Shown: positions 28,468 through 39,843, counted from the first letter of the stretch. The stretch: DNA of 64,000 nt from Bacteroidales bacterium (GCA_029974835.1 JARKQN010000102.1:7058-71057), one strand, 5' to 3'. Program-made: numbers and translations. The notes: generated by a model not told the origin, from the letters alone.

Positions 28468-29490
28468 TCAGAAACCGAACCTGGCCGAAGGGCCTGCCGC
28501 ATGGGAAGAAAAAATCCCCCGAAGGTATCTGTAATATCCTGCTATTCCGATCATTGCCGCGTTGTCGGTTGTGAGCCTGATATCCGGAATATAGACCTTC
28601 CAGCCTCTTTTATTTCCCTCTCTGATAAACATTTCCCTTAAAGCGGAATTGGCCGATACGCCTCCTGCAAGCCCGATGTTTTTTATTCCTGTTTTCTCTG
28701 CCGCCATTATCATCTTCTCAGTCAGAATTGAAACGATAGATTTCTGCAGTGAAGCACAAAGGTCGGGCTTGTTCTCTTCTATAAATGACGGATTATTTTT
28801 CAGGGAGTCCCTGAGAAAATATAAGAAGCTGGTTTTTAGTCCGCTGAAACTGAAATCAAGATTGGCCACTGAAGGTTTTGCGAACCTGAATGCATCGGGA
28901 TTTCCTCCCGATGCCATTTTGTCGATCACGGGGCCTGACGGGTAAGGAAGCCCCATCACCTTCCCGCATTTGTCAAACGCCTCTCCCGCGGCATCATCAA
29001 TGGTTGTGCCTATTACCTCCATGTCAAAATAGTCGCGTGCGACAATTATCTGGGTATGACCGCCCGACACGAGCAGACAAAGAAAAGGGAACCCGGGTAT
29101 TCCGGAGCCGTTTTCTGTTCTTTTTATAAAGTGAACCAGCACATGTGCCTGCAGATGATTTACTTCAATTAACGGAATATCCCGGGCAAGGGCGAATCCT
29201 TTGGCAAACGACACACCCACCAGCAGCGAACCCATCAGTCCTGGCCCTCTTGTAAAGGCCACCGCGGAGATTTCATCCATCCCGGTGCCTGATTCCTTCA
29301 GGGCTGCTTCAACAACCGGTATGATATTTGCCATATGTGCTCTTGAAGCCAGTTCCGGAACAACACCTCCGAAAGGAATATGTATTTTCTGAGTCGAAAT
29401 GATGCTCGAAAGAACATACCCGTCACTCACAACCGAAGCTGATGTATCATCGCACGATGATTCAACGGCCAGTATGGTAACTTTCTTCAA
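28468..29490 (-). CDS. tsaD: tRNA t6A threonylcarbamoyltransferase
   Basis: ILAVESSCDDTS, GGVVPELASRAH, VNHLQAH, LVSGGHT, DDAAGEAFDK and TDNAAMI. Confidence 0.98.
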   Translation of the reverse strand: MKKVTILAVESSCDDTSASVVSDGYVLSSIISTQKIHIPFGGVVPELASRAHMANIIPVVEAALKESGTGMDEISAVAFTRGPGLMGSLLVGVSFAKGFALARDIPLIEVNHLQAHVLVHFIKRTENGSGIPGFPFLCLLVSGGHTQIIVARDYFDMEVIGTTIDDAAGEAFDKCGKVMGLPYPSGPVIDKMASGGNPDAFRFAKPSVANLDFSFSGLKTSFLYFLRDSLKNNPSFIEENKPDLCASLQKSIVSILTEKMIMAAEKTGIKNIGLAGGVSANSALREMFIREGNKRGWKVYIPDIRLTTDNAAMIGIAGYYRYLRGIFSSHAAGPSARFGF

Positions 29491-29548
29491 GTTTCCTTAA
29501 ATTGTTTTTTTAAATTATTTTTATAACCTGGTTGCCACCGTATAAACA

Positions 29549-32500
29549 ATGCTCAAAAGTATTAAAAAAACAGTAAGCATTATACTTATTGCAATAGCCA
29601 CACTAGCCCTGCCGGTTCTGCTGCTGATGCTGCTTTTGAGCCTTTCGCCTGTCCAGACTTACATAACAAAAAAGGTTACTCAGTATCTGTCAAGTAACAC
29701 TAATTCTGTTATTTCCATTGGTGAAGTCAGTTTCAATTTCTTTAACAGGATCTCTGCCAGGGAAATAATGATTGCTGACAGAAATAAGGACACATTACTG
29801 TATGTACCTTATTTTCAGGCTTCCATTCATAAAATTGATCTTTCCGGAGGCAGGATAAAACTTGGGAGGGCTGTTGCATCATCCCCTGTTTTTGCCCTGA
29901 TTACCGATTCCACAGGGCTTCTGAACCTTAGGTGGTATCTTGATTTTCTGTCGGGAGGAAACGGTAACAGGAAAAAAGGAGATTTTTCAATTACGATTAA
30001 TTCCGGCGAGATTAAAAACGGGACCTTCAGGCTGGAGAAAATGATTAGGACGCCCGGTAAAAGCGGAATTGACTTCAATTATATGAGGATCTCCGGCATA
30101 AATGCCGGGTTCAGCGATTTTGCCGTAATGGGCGATTCGGTTGCACTAAAGATTGACAGGCTGAGTGCACTCGAGAGAAGCGGATTCAGAATCAATAGCA
30201 TGTCGGCAGCTGTTTCCGTAACGGGAAGAGGAATAATATTCAAAGATGCGGTTATCCGGAGCGATTCCTCATTCATTGATGCACCAATGATCGGGCTTAT
30301 CGCTGATACAGATTCTTCCTTCAGGAATTTTGAGGAGCAGGTCAGATTTGATATAAGGCTCAATAAATCTTCAATAAATACTTCCGAACTCGATTTCTTC
30401 ATGCCTCCGGGTAAGCTCCCCCTTGTTACCGCCGATCTCGAAGGAGAATTAACCGGTCCGCTTGCCGAACTGAGGGGGAGAAATATGATTATTAAAGCTC
30501 CCGGTGAGACCTCATGCAGCTTCAGTTTCAGCCTGTCGGGCCTTCCTGATTTTAAGAACACCTTTATCTTCTTTGAAATTAACAGTTTAAAAACATCTGC
30601 AGCCGACCTTCAGAAATTACGAATACCGGGAGGCAAGTCAGTTGTCTTGCCTGAAATGCTGAATAAAACGGGACCTTTAACATTCACAGGTTCATTTACA
30701 GGTTTTATAAATGATTTTGTAACCTACGGAAGGCTTTATACCCCATTCGGATCGCTTAACAGCGATTTATCGCTCAGGCCGGAAGGGTCAGGCATATTTA
30801 AGATCAGGGGAAACATAAAGGGAAGCAACATAGATCTGGGTAAAATATCCGGCAACGAAAAACTGCTGGGAGCCTCATCATTTTCAGCCGATATAGACGG
30901 CACCACCGATTCGTTCAGGTCATTTGCCATTAACCTTAACGGAAATGTTGACAGTCTCAACCTTAACAGGTACAATTACAGAAACATAAACCTTTCGGGG
31001 CGGTTTACCGATAAGATGTGGGACGGTTCTGTCAGGGTATCAGACCAGAATATAGGACTTGACCTCCTGGGTATGTTTGATTTCAGCAAAGAACTGCCGG
31101 AATTCGACTTTACACTTAACCTGAAAAAAGCCGATCTTTTCAGGCTTAATGTTGACAGGAAAGACACAACCTCCGCAGCCTCCCTCCTTCTGACAGCCAA
31201 CTTCACAGGGAACACCATCGATAACCTCGACGGTGAGATCAGGCTCCTCAATTCCAGTTTCCGCAAGTATGGCAAAGACCTTGAAGTATATGATTTTCAA
31301 CTTAAAACATCCACATCCGCAAACACACACTCTCTCAACCTGAATACCGATTTTTTCAATGCAGCAATAACCGGCAATTATAACTTCGCAACTATCGGAA
31401 CCGACATCAGGAAAGTCCTCGCAGTATTATTCCCCTCAAAGTTTGAGCCGGTCCTCGTGAAAAACCAGAAAAAATCTTCAAATGAATTCTTCATCAGCAT
31501 CAACACAAGGAAAGCTGACGACATCAATAAATTTCTCAAAACCGGATTTCAGATTGCAGACAACAGCCAGTTAACAGGCTATATTAATCCGGACAGTATA
31601 ATAAGCATAAACTTTAAGGCCGGTTATTTCGGGTTTAAAAACAACACTCTCAACAATCTTGTATTAGAGGCTCAGTACCGCGATTCGGTCTTCAGGGCTT
31701 CGGCAGGTACATCATCCCTGAATATCCTTAATCTGGCTGAACTGAAAGGCTTTAATCTTGATTTTTCATCAGGCAAAAATCAATTTAAAACAAGCCTTAA
31801 GTGGGACGACGGCAAAAGTGAAAGAAACAGCGGAACTGTAAATGCGGAAGGCGGGTTCCCTTTATCAGGCCCCGGTGTAAACGGGCACAGATCATCCCCT
31901 CTAAAACTATCTGTCCTTCCCGGAGAGGTCTATGTCAGAAATAATCTCTGGAGAATCAACCCGTCGGAGATAATAGCCGACTCCAACTCAATAAAAATCA
32001 ACAATTTCATTGTCAGCAACGGTAATAATTATTTCAGTGTAGAGGGTGTGGCCTCCGAGGATAAAAGTGATACTTTATACCTCCGGCTTAACGGGATAAA
32101 CATAAACGCCCTTAATAACCTCTACGAAAGCCGTACTTCAGATGATCCGGGAAAAATACATCTGGCCCTCGGCGGAAAACTGGGAGGTACAATCAGTGTT
32201 ACAGATATTTACCGGAATTTCATGTTTGAAACAGATATAAGGATTGAGGATTTCGCTCTTCTGGAGAGCAACTACGGAGTCGTGCGAATCAGCACCCTGT
32301 GGAATAAGTTGCAGAAAAACGCTGAGATTGAAATAAATAATGATTACCAGGGAAAAAGAATGTTTGATATAAAAGGATATTACGATCCGGAGACAAAATA
32401 CATTGACCTTAACGCAAATGCCGATAAGCTCCCCATCGAAATATTAAATCCACTCCTGAAAATGTTTGCTTCCGGAATTGGCGGCTTTGCCTCCGGAAAA

Positions 32501-34072
32501 GTAAGATTCTTCGGGCAACTGAATGAACCGTATCTTACCGGATCGCTTTACGCTGATAAAGGCACCATAAAGATTGATTATCTCCAGACGCGGTATTCAT
32601 TCTCCGACAGTATAAGGTTTGACAGGGAAGGTATTAAATTCAGAAACATTGTCTTCAGCGATGAAAGAGGCAATCAGGGAACAATCAACGGTACCGTATA
32701 TCATAAAAGTTTCAGGGAGTACAGTGTTGATCTGGATATCAGGCCCAACAACAGTATGGTACTGAATACCAGGCCAAAGGATAATGAACTGTTTTACGGA
32801 ACGGCGTTTGCCAGCGGTGTTGCAACAATTAAGACAAACGGCCCGGTACTCAGGTTCGATATTTCAGCAAAAACAGGGAGAAATACAAGATTCTTCATTC
32901 CTCTCAACACCGGCATGTCGGTTTCTGAAAATTCATTTATAACATTTGTTAACCCCGAAAAAGAAGAAGGCGCTGCCGCAGTCAATGAACAGGCCGTGAA
33001 TATCCCAGTTTCCCAGTCGAAGTCTTCAATGGAACTGGTGTTCGATCTGGAGGTGACCCCCGATGCTGAAGTACAGCTTCTGATGGACCCCAAGGCGGGG
33101 GATATTATCAAAGGATCAGGATCCGGAAACCTGAATATAAGCCTCGACAGAAGAGGCGCGTTCAAAATATTCGGTAACTATACGATCGAAAACGGCGACT
33201 ATCTGTTCACCCTGGGAAATATCATAAACAAATCATTTACGGTTGAGAACGGAGGCAAGATAACTTTCAACGGCGATGTTGACAATGCCGACATTGACAT
33301 TAAGGCTGTTTACAAGACAAAGGCTTCATTATATGAAATAATGCCTGGTATGCTGCCCGACAGCCGGCTGCGCGAAAGGATTCCGGTGGAATGCCAGCTG
33401 ATACTTACCGGAAAGCTTTTTAACCCGGTGGTGGGATTTGACATATACCTGCCCACTGCCGATGAGGAGACCAGGGCATACCTGCGAAGCATGATAAAAT
33501 CGGAGGAAGAGATGAGCCGGCAGTTCCTCTTCCTGCTTGTTATGAACAGCTTTTACTCAGATCCTACGGCCGGTTCCCAGCCAAACACTGCCGGTCTGGG
33601 ATCAGCCACGGTGGGTGTCACAACCATGGAAATGCTCTCAAACCAGCTTAGTAACTGGTTATCGCAGATAAGCAAGGATTTTGATATCGGTATCAACTAC
33701 CGCCCCGGCTCCTCGGCTCTCCCCAATTCGCAGGAACTGCAGGTGGCACTTTCCACACAGCTGCTGAACGATAAGGTTACTATTAACGGTAATTTTGACG
33801 TGGCCGGCAATCAGTCGCCCGGAAACCTTAACACCTCAAGTACAAGTTCGTTTACCGGAGCCTTTAACATTGAGTATTCTATCAGCGAAAAACTAAAGTT
33901 CAGATTCTTTAACAGATCGAATGATAATATCTACATTGACAAAGGAGTCCAGTACACCCAGGGAATAGGCATATTCTTCAGGCAGGATTTCAACAGGCTT
34001 AAAGATCTCTTCATCCCCAGGGAAAAGAAACCTGCAAAAAAAGAAGAAGAGGTCAGGGTCGTTAATAAATAA
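29549..34072 (+). CDS. tamB: Translocation/assembly module TamB/AsmA-like protein
   Basis: N-terminal anchor with PVQTYITKK, a long beta-taco-like body and a DUF490-type C-terminus (GDIIKGSGSGNL...QGIGIFFRQDF). Confidence 0.85.
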   Translation: MLKSIKKTVSIILIAIATLALPVLLLMLLLSLSPVQTYITKKVTQYLSSNTNSVISIGEVSFNFFNRISAREIMIADRNKDTLLYVPYFQASIHKIDLSGGRIKLGRAVASSPVFALITDSTGLLNLRWYLDFLSGGNGNRKKGDFSITINSGEIKNGTFRLEKMIRTPGKSGIDFNYMRISGINAGFSDFAVMGDSVALKIDRLSALERSGFRINSMSAAVSVTGRGIIFKDAVIRSDSSFIDAPMIGLIADTDSSFRNFEEQVRFDIRLNKSSINTSELDFFMPPGKLPLVTADLEGELTGPLAELRGRNMIIKAPGETSCSFSFSLSGLPDFKNTFIFFEINSLKTSAADLQKLRIPGGKSVVLPEMLNKTGPLTFTGSFTGFINDFVTYGRLYTPFGSLNSDLSLRPEGSGIFKIRGNIKGSNIDLGKISGNEKLLGASSFSADIDGTTDSFRSFAINLNGNVDSLNLNRYNYRNINLSGRFTDKMWDGSVRVSDQNIGLDLLGMFDFSKELPEFDFTLNLKKADLFRLNVDRKDTTSAASLLLTANFTGNTIDNLDGEIRLLNSSFRKYGKDLEVYDFQLKTSTSANTHSLNLNTDFFNAAITGNYNFATIGTDIRKVLAVLFPSKFEPVLVKNQKKSSNEFFISINTRKADDINKFLKTGFQIADNSQLTGYINPDSIISINFKAGYFGFKNNTLNNLVLEAQYRDSVFRASAGTSSLNILNLAELKGFNLDFSSGKNQFKTSLKWDDGKSERNSGTVNAEGGFPLSGPGVNGHRSSPLKLSVLPGEVYVRNNLWRINPSEIIADSNSIKINNFIVSNGNNYFSVEGVASEDKSDTLYLRLNGININALNNLYESRTSDDPGKIHLALGGKLGGTISVTDIYRNFMFETDIRIEDFALLESNYGVVRISTLWNKLQKNAEIEINNDYQGKRMFDIKGYYDPETKYIDLNANADKLPIEILNPLLKMFASGIGGFASGKVRFFGQLNEPYLTGSLYADKGTIKIDYLQTRYSFSDSIRFDREGIKFRNIVFSDERGNQGTINGTVYHKSFREYSVDLDIRPNNSMVLNTRPKDNELFYGTAFASGVATIKTNGPVLRFDISAKTGRNTRFFIPLNTGMSVSENSFITFVNPEKEEGAAAVNEQAVNIPVSQSKSSMELVFDLEVTPDAEVQLLMDPKAGDIIKGSGSGNLNISLDRRGAFKIFGNYTIENGDYLFTLGNIINKSFTVENGGKITFNGDVDNADIDIKAVYKTKASLYEIMPGMLPDSRLRERIPVECQLILTGKLFNPVVGFDIYLPTADEETRAYLRSMIKSEEEMSRQFLFLLVMNSFYSDPTAGSQPNTAGLGSATVGVTTMEMLSNQLSNWLSQISKDFDIGINYRPGSSALPNSQELQVALSTQLLNDKVTINGNFDVAGNQSPGNLNTSSTSSFTGAFNIEYSISEKLKFRFFNRSNDNIYIDKGVQYTQGIGIFFRQDFNRLKDLFIPREKKPAKKEEEVRVVNK

Positions 34073-34127
34073 CGGGGCATTGTTATTAACCCTGTAAAAT
34101 ATAAAATCACCCTTGAACGTTTTTTAA

Positions 34128-34135
34128 TAAATTTG
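34128..34135 (+). promoter_or_regulatory. -7 element TAAATTTG
   Basis: Exact TAnnTTTG upstream of exbB. Confidence 0.55.
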
Positions 34136-34194
34136 CCTTCAGCAAACGGTTTTGCGGGAGAATGAAATATTAAACACCTAATCACTCTAATATA

Positions 34195-34881
34195 ATGATA
34201 TATAGTCTTTTAATAGCACAGGAAACCAGCATGGAGGCTGCCGGCCAGGCTAAGATGACATTGATTGACCTTGCAGTAAAGGGAGGATGGGTGATGATTC
34301 CCATAATCCTGCTCTCATTCGTTGCTGCATACATATACATTGAAAGGTATTATGTAATAAGAAAGGCCAGCCGCGAAGACCAGAATTTCATGAACAGGAT
34401 AAAGGATTACATTCATGACGGCAAGATTGATGCTGCCCTTGCCCTTTGCCGTTCGACCGATTCTCCTTCGGCGAGGATGGTGGAGAAGGGCATCAGCAGG
34501 CTTGGAAGACCTCTGCATGACATAAACACAGCCATTGAGAATGTAGGGAAACTTGAGATATCAAAACTTGAAAAGGGTTTTCCCACACTGGCCACCATTA
34601 CGGGGGCTGAACCCATGCTGGGATTCCTTGGCACCGTAATAGGAATGGTTAAATCGTTTTATGCAATGTCGCAGGCCGGAAATAATATTGAAGTTTCAAT
34701 GATGTCGAGCGGTATCTATACCGCGCTTATTACAACAGTTGCCGGCCTGGCAACAGGAATTATCTGTTATTTCGCCTATAACAGCCTTGTGGAAAAAGTC
34801 GAAAAGGTGGTTTTCAACCTCGAAGCCACACTGACCGAGTTTATGGATATTCTGAATGAACCTGTAAAATCCGGAAAATAA
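34195..34881 (+). CDS. exbB: MotA/TolQ/ExbB proton channel
   Basis: KGGWVMIP, EPMLGFLGTVIGM and ALITTVAGL. Confidence 0.92.
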   Translation: MIYSLLIAQETSMEAAGQAKMTLIDLAVKGGWVMIPIILLSFVAAYIYIERYYVIRKASREDQNFMNRIKDYIHDGKIDAALALCRSTDSPSARMVEKGISRLGRPLHDINTAIENVGKLEISKLEKGFPTLATITGAEPMLGFLGTVIGMVKSFYAMSQAGNNIEVSMMSSGIYTALITTVAGLATGIICYFAYNSLVEKVEKVVFNLEATLTEFMDILNEPVKSGK

Positions 34882-34882
34882 G

Positions 34883-35275
34883 ATGGCTCTGTCGGCAAGA
34901 AATAAGATCAATATTGGCTTCAGCTCGGTTGGCATGACTGACGTTATTTTTAACCTTCTTATCTTTTTCATGCTCACCTCCACGCTCGTTCACCCTACTG
35001 CCCTGAAGCTCAACCTGCCAAAGGGCGCGGTGCAGGTTTCTGCCAAACCCCAGACAACTGTTTCAATCACCCGCGACCTGAAGCTTTACGTCGAAAATAA
35101 CCAGGTTTCATTTGATGAACTTGAAAGCGTGCTGAAACAAAAACTGGGGGCTAAACCCGAAACGTACATCTCTTTGCACACCGATGAAAGTGTTCCCATA
35201 GGAACTGTGGCACAGGTTTTGAACATTGCTCAGAAGAACAATTATAAACTGATTCTTGCAACAACTCCAAAATAA
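34883..35275 (+). CDS. exbD: ExbD/TolR biopolymer transport protein
   Basis: MTDVIFNLLIFFML with the conserved TM Asp, LNLPK and TDESVP. Confidence 0.92.
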   Translation: MALSARNKINIGFSSVGMTDVIFNLLIFFMLTSTLVHPTALKLNLPKGAVQVSAKPQTTVSITRDLKLYVENNQVSFDELESVLKQKLGAKPETYISLHTDESVPIGTVAQVLNIAQKNNYKLILATTPK

Positions 35276-36149
35276 CGACATTCGCCGGATACCTTCCGAG
35301 AAAGGCAAGGGATTGGCCGGAACGGTACTGTTTCACACAGCACTGCTGACAATCCTTCTTATTGTCGGTTTTTCTGTTCCCGTCCCGGAGCCTGAAACCG
35401 GAATCCTTGTTAATTTCGGCTTTGACGAGACAGGGTCGGGACTTATAGAACCGTCAACCCAGGCATCTCCGCCTGCATCTTCATCACCTCCAGAAGCTGT
35501 TGCTGTTGCAAACCCGGGGGAGGAGGCACTGGTGACACAGGATTTTGACAAGGAAGTACCTGAAGTAAAAAAAGTTGATCCCGAGGCCGAGAAGAAGAAA
35601 CTGGAACAGATTGAAGCTGAAAAGATCAGACGTGCCGAACTGGAGGCTGAAAGGATTAGGAAGCTTAAGGAGGAAGAGGAAAGAAAACGCATTGAAGCAG
35701 AGCAGAGGCGTATGGATGAGATAATGAGCAAAACCAAGAACGCCTTTTCCGGAGCAAAAAATACGGGCACCAGTTCCACAAGTGAGGGCATTGCGGGCGG
35801 TCAGGGCAATCAGGGAGTTCCCCAGGGTTCGCCCGATTCAAAAATAAGGGGTGAAGGCTCCGGTACCGGTAAAATCGGAATATCATACGACCTGGGCGGC
35901 AGGGGCTCACAGTACCTTGCGGAACCAAAATATGATTACCAGGGAGAAGGAAAGGTGGTTGTTGAAGTGACAGTCGACAGGAGCGGAAAGGTAACACAGG
36001 CAATTCCGGGTGCAAAAGGCTCCACAACACTCGATGAGTACCTGCTTAAGGCAGCAAAAGAGGCGGCCCTGAAGACACAATTTGAAGCCAAACCGGACGC
36101 CCCGGTTTTTCAGAAGGGAACTATCATCTATAATTTTGTTCTTAAATAA
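35256..36149 (+). CDS. TolA/TonB-like energy transducer
   Basis: TM helix with GTVLFH, a Glu/Arg/Lys coiled-coil, a Gly-rich linker and a TonB_C-like GKVVVEVTVDRSGKV domain. No ATG; TTG start overlaps exbD. Confidence 0.82.
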   Translation: MQQLQNNDIRRIPSEKGKGLAGTVLFHTALLTILLIVGFSVPVPEPETGILVNFGFDETGSGLIEPSTQASPPASSSPPEAVAVANPGEEALVTQDFDKEVPEVKKVDPEAEKKKLEQIEAEKIRRAELEAERIRKLKEEEERKRIEAEQRRMDEIMSKTKNAFSGAKNTGTSSTSEGIAGGQGNQGVPQGSPDSKIRGEGSGTGKIGISYDLGGRGSQYLAEPKYDYQGEGKVVVEVTVDRSGKVTQAIPGAKGSTTLDEYLLKAAKEAALKTQFEAKPDAPVFQKGTIIYNFVLK

Positions 36150-36175
36150 CCGGGGCTCAGGAAACGAGGTTCCCA

Positions 36176-36568
36176 TCAGGAGTATTTTCTCCCCAGCAGC
36201 TCTTTTACAGAAGCATTCAGATTGTCAATAAGGTTATTATCCTTGATAACATAGTCGTCAATACCTTTGCGGGCCAGCTCGAGCACAATCTCTCCCCTCT
36301 CCTGCCCCGACAGCATTACCACAAGAACTTCAGGATCCTTTTCCTTTATTTTGTCAAAGACCTCCATTCCGTTCATCACGTCCTGACCCGGTTTGGTGAA
36401 ATAGTAGTCGAGTATTATCAGATCCGGCTTCTTGTCCATTGCCTGCAGGCAATCCTCTCCGTAACTAAACGACTCAACCCTGAAACCTTCGGGTACAAAA
36501 CGTTTGACTACCAGGCTGGTCACAAATGGATCATCATCGACGATAAAAATCAGTTTATTTTTATCCAT
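36176..36568 (-). CDS. Stand-alone response-regulator receiver protein
   Basis: IVDDD, phosphoacceptor ILDY, MLSGQ and YVIK. No output domain. Confidence 0.9.
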   Translation of the reverse strand: MDKNKLIFIVDDDPFVTSLVVKRFVPEGFRVESFSYGEDCLQAMDKKPDLIILDYYFTKPGQDVMNGMEVFDKIKEKDPEVLVVMLSGQERGEIVLELARKGIDDYVIKDNNLIDNLNASVKELLGRKYS

Positions 36569-36593
36569 TAACTGAAATGAGTAATACCTTTCA

Positions 36594-36601
36594 CAAATTT
36601 A
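36594..36601 (-). promoter_or_regulatory. -7 element TAAATTTG
   Basis: Exact TAnnTTTG, 25 nt upstream of the receiver gene. Confidence 0.55.
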
Positions 36602-36664
36602 GTATAATTTATTGATATCAGAAAAAAATGCAGATATTACATTTCTGCAACATATTTGAAATCA

Positions 36665-37951
36665 TCACCATTCTTCGCTGAACAGCGGGTAAGGCTTCAT
36701 CATTTCACTGACCTTCCGGCCCACCTTTGCGATTGTTTCCTCGTTATCAATGTTTTTCAGCACTTCATCTATAAGACCGACAATTACCTGCATATGTTCT
36801 TCCTTTAATCCGCGGGTAGTAATTGCAGGTGTGCCTACTCTTAAGCCTGATGTAAGGAATGGTGACCTGCTGTCGAAAGGAACCATGTTTTTATTAACCG
36901 TTATATGGGCTTTCACGAGAGTGTTTTCGGCTTTCTTGCCTGTTATATCTGGAAACTTTGTCCTGAGGTCTATAAGCATTAGATGGTTGTCGGTTCCGCC
37001 GGAGATAACTTTATAATTCATCTGCATGAAGGCCCCGGCCATTGCTTCGGCATTTTTCTTTACCTGCACCTGGTACTTTCTGAAACTCTCCTCAAGGGCT
37101 TCGCCGAACGATACTGCCTTGGCTGCAATGATGTGTTCGAGAGGGCCTCCCTGAACTCCGGGGAAAACTGCCGAATTGATAACCGATGACATCATCTTTA
37201 CCTCACCTTTTGGAGTGGTTAAGCCCCACGGATTTTCGTAATCATTTCCCATCAGAATTATCCCTCCCCTTGGTCCTCTCAGAGTTTTGTGAGTGGTGGA
37301 AGTCACCACGTGGGCGTACTTAAGGGGGTTATTGAGCAACCCTGCAGCAATGAGTCCTGCAGGATGAGCCATGTCAACCATCAGGATGGCACCAATATCA
37401 TCAGCAATCTTTCTCATCCTGGCATAATCCCATTCTCTCGAATAGGCTGAGGCTCCCCCTATAATCAGTTTCGGTTTTTCGCGGTGGGCTGTCTCTTCCA
37501 TTTTGTCGTAGTCGATCATCCCGGTCTCTTCATCCACTTCGTATGCCACCGGCCGGTAGAGTATGCCCGATGAGTTAACCGGTGAACCATGTGACAGGTG
37601 CCCGCCGTGAGAAAGATTCAACCCCATAAATTTATCGCCGGGTTTCAGGTAAGCCATAAAGACAGACATATTTGCCTGGGCACCTGAATGAGGCTGAACG
37701 TTAACATATTCCGCCCCGAAAAGTTCTTTCAGCCTGTCAATGGCCAGTTGTTCGGCCTGATCAACCACTTCACAGCCTCCGTAGTACCTGTTGCCTGGAT
37801 AACCCTCGGCATATTTGTTCGTAAGAACAGAACCCATGGCTTCAAGTACCTGGTTACTTACAAAGTTCTCGGAGGCAATAAGTTCAATACCCTCAAGCTG
37901 ACGCTCATATTCTTTTTTTATGATTTCAAAAAGCCGGTTATCTCTTTTCAT
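36665..37951 (-). CDS. glyA: Serine hydroxymethyltransferase
   Basis: [26 protein letters not shown]-Lys motif [12 protein letters not shown] and GLRVGT. The alternative ATG at 37960 is possible. Confidence 0.98.
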   Translation of the reverse strand: MKRDNRLFEIIKKEYERQLEGIELIASENFVSNQVLEAMGSVLTNKYAEGYPGNRYYGGCEVVDQAEQLAIDRLKELFGAEYVNVQPHSGAQANMSVFMAYLKPGDKFMGLNLSHGGHLSHGSPVNSSGILYRPVAYEVDEETGMIDYDKMEETAHREKPKLIIGGASAYSREWDYARMRKIADDIGAILMVDMAHPAGLIAAGLLNNPLKYAHVVTSTTHKTLRGPRGGIILMGNDYENPWGLTTPKGEVKMMSSVINSAVFPGVQGGPLEHIIAAKAVSFGEALEESFRKYQVQVKKNAEAMAGAFMQMNYKVISGGTDNHLMLIDLRTKFPDITGKKAENTLVKAHITVNKNMVPFDSRSPFLTSGLRVGTPAITTRGLKEEHMQVIVGLIDEVLKNIDNEETIAKVGRKVSEMMKPYPLFSEEW

Positions 37952-38060
37952 AGATTTCAAAATTTAACTAAATAAAATTTCAATTGGCAGGGTAAAAATA
38001 GTTTATAAAATCTTTTCTCACATAAAAAACAAAAGGACTTTTCAACCTGTTATTACCATT

Positions 38061-39836
38061 TCACTCTTCCGAAAACTGTTTAATAAGCATGTCCCTGTAG
38101 GCTGAGTATATTCGCGATCTTGAGATATATCCGGCGTAAAGGCCCTTGTCAAGCACCGGCAGATTCCAGGCACCGGTTTGTTCAAAAGTATCCATCACCA
38201 CTTTCAGACTTTCTGAAATATCTATATATGAAGGCGGTATCTGCATTATATCGCGCATTGTTATTTTATCGTATGAACCGGAGTCAAACATAATTTCCCT
38301 GACGTCATCAAGCATCACCACTCCTTCAAAAACCCCGTATTCATCCACAACCGGGAAAATATTTCTTTTCGACTTTGAAATTATCTTTACCAGATCTCCC
38401 AGTGTTGCTTCAGGATTAATTGTAATAAGATCATTTTCAATTTCCTCAGTCCAGTCCATTATTGCAAGAATGGCTTTATCCTTATCGTGTGTCACAAGCT
38501 CCCCTCTGGCGGCAAGCTGGATATGGTAAACCGAATAACGGGTAAACCTGTGTGAGGTAATAAAAGCGATTGTCGATGTAATAATTAGCGGGATCAGCAG
38601 GTCGTATCCGCCTGTAATTTCCACAATAAGAAAAATGGCTGTCAGCGGTGCATGCATTACTCCGGCCATTAACCCCGCCATTCCTGCAAGAACGAAGCTG
38701 GCAACAGGAATTTCGCTGTTTGACAATTTTCCCAGAATGAGTGCGGCGAACAAACCGGCAATTGCTCCGGTAAAGAGTGTCGGGGCAAAGACACCTCCGA
38801 CTCCTCCGGCACTGTTAGTTGAGGTTGTTGCAACAACTTTCAGAATAATCATGCAGCCGGTGATAAACAGGAGATAAAACCATGTATTGTGGAAAAATCC
38901 GGTAAAAACGGTACTGAGCAATGAATAATCCCCTTTGAGGATTCCCATGATAGTTGTATATCCCTCACCGAAAAACGGCGGGAAAAGAACTATCAGCGAT
39001 CCGAGGACCACAGAACCGATTGCAATCCTTGTTGTATGGTTTTCCACAAGTTTAAAAACCTTTTCGGTGAAAAGGGTCACTTTGGAAAACCATACAGCGA
39101 CCAGTCCGGTGAAAATGCCAAGCACCAGGTACCATGGCAAATCCTTAAGCAGGAACGTATCCTTAATTGTGCATGATAAAAGTACCGAATTACCCATCAG
39201 CAGCCAGGCTATCGTTGAAGCTGTGACGGTTGAGATAAGAAGCGGCACAATTGAGGAAAGTGTCATGTCGAGCATAAGCACCTCTATTGCAAAAATTATC
39301 CCGGCCACCGGAGCCTTAAAGATACCGGCTATTGCACCTGCGGCTCCGCATCCTGCAAGAAGGGTAATATACCTGTAACTCAGTCCAAGTTTACGCCCTA
39401 TATTCGAACCGATTGCAGAGCCGGAAAGGACTATAGGTGCTTCGGCACCCACCGATCCGCCGAAACCAATTGTAATGCTGCTCGCCACTATCGGGGTCCA
39501 GATATTATGTGACTTCAGATAACTCTTCCCCCGTGCAAAGGACTGCAGAACACGGCTTACTCCATGGCTTATATTATCTTTTACAACATATTTTACGAAA
39601 AGATAGGTCAGTATCAGACCGGCCGGGGGAATAATAAAGTAAAAAAGGATACCCTTCCCCGGGTTGAGATGCTCAGCAACAAAGCCTGCCGTGAAATGAA
39701 CCGCATTTTTCATTAATGCAGCCGCCAGTGCACTAAGCAGTCCTACCGTAAAGCTCCCCAGGTACAATCTTCTCTGCCTGCTCAGACCGGAAAGTAAGTC
39801 TTTTACAAATGACGGGATAATTTTTAATGCTTTCAT
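38061..39836 (-). CDS. ClC chloride channel/transporter with CBS pair
   Basis: GGSVGAEAP, GAAGAIAGIFKAPVAG, GGVFAPTLFTG and C-terminal CBS domains. Confidence 0.93.
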   Translation of the reverse strand: MKALKIIPSFVKDLLSGLSRQRRLYLGSFTVGLLSALAAALMKNAVHFTAGFVAEHLNPGKGILFYFIIPPAGLILTYLFVKYVVKDNISHGVSRVLQSFARGKSYLKSHNIWTPIVASSITIGFGGSVGAEAPIVLSGSAIGSNIGRKLGLSYRYITLLAGCGAAGAIAGIFKAPVAGIIFAIEVLMLDMTLSSIVPLLISTVTASTIAWLLMGNSVLLSCTIKDTFLLKDLPWYLVLGIFTGLVAVWFSKVTLFTEKVFKLVENHTTRIAIGSVVLGSLIVLFPPFFGEGYTTIMGILKGDYSLLSTVFTGFFHNTWFYLLFITGCMIILKVVATTSTNSAGGVGGVFAPTLFTGAIAGLFAALILGKLSNSEIPVASFVLAGMAGLMAGVMHAPLTAIFLIVEITGGYDLLIPLIITSTIAFITSHRFTRYSVYHIQLAARGELVTHDKDKAILAIMDWTEEIENDLITINPEATLGDLVKIISKSKRNIFPVVDEYGVFEGVVMLDDVREIMFDSGSYDKITMRDIMQIPPSYIDISESLKVVMDTFEQTGAWNLPVLDKGLYAGYISRSRIYSAYRDMLIKQFSEE

Positions 39837-39843
39837 CTCGTTA

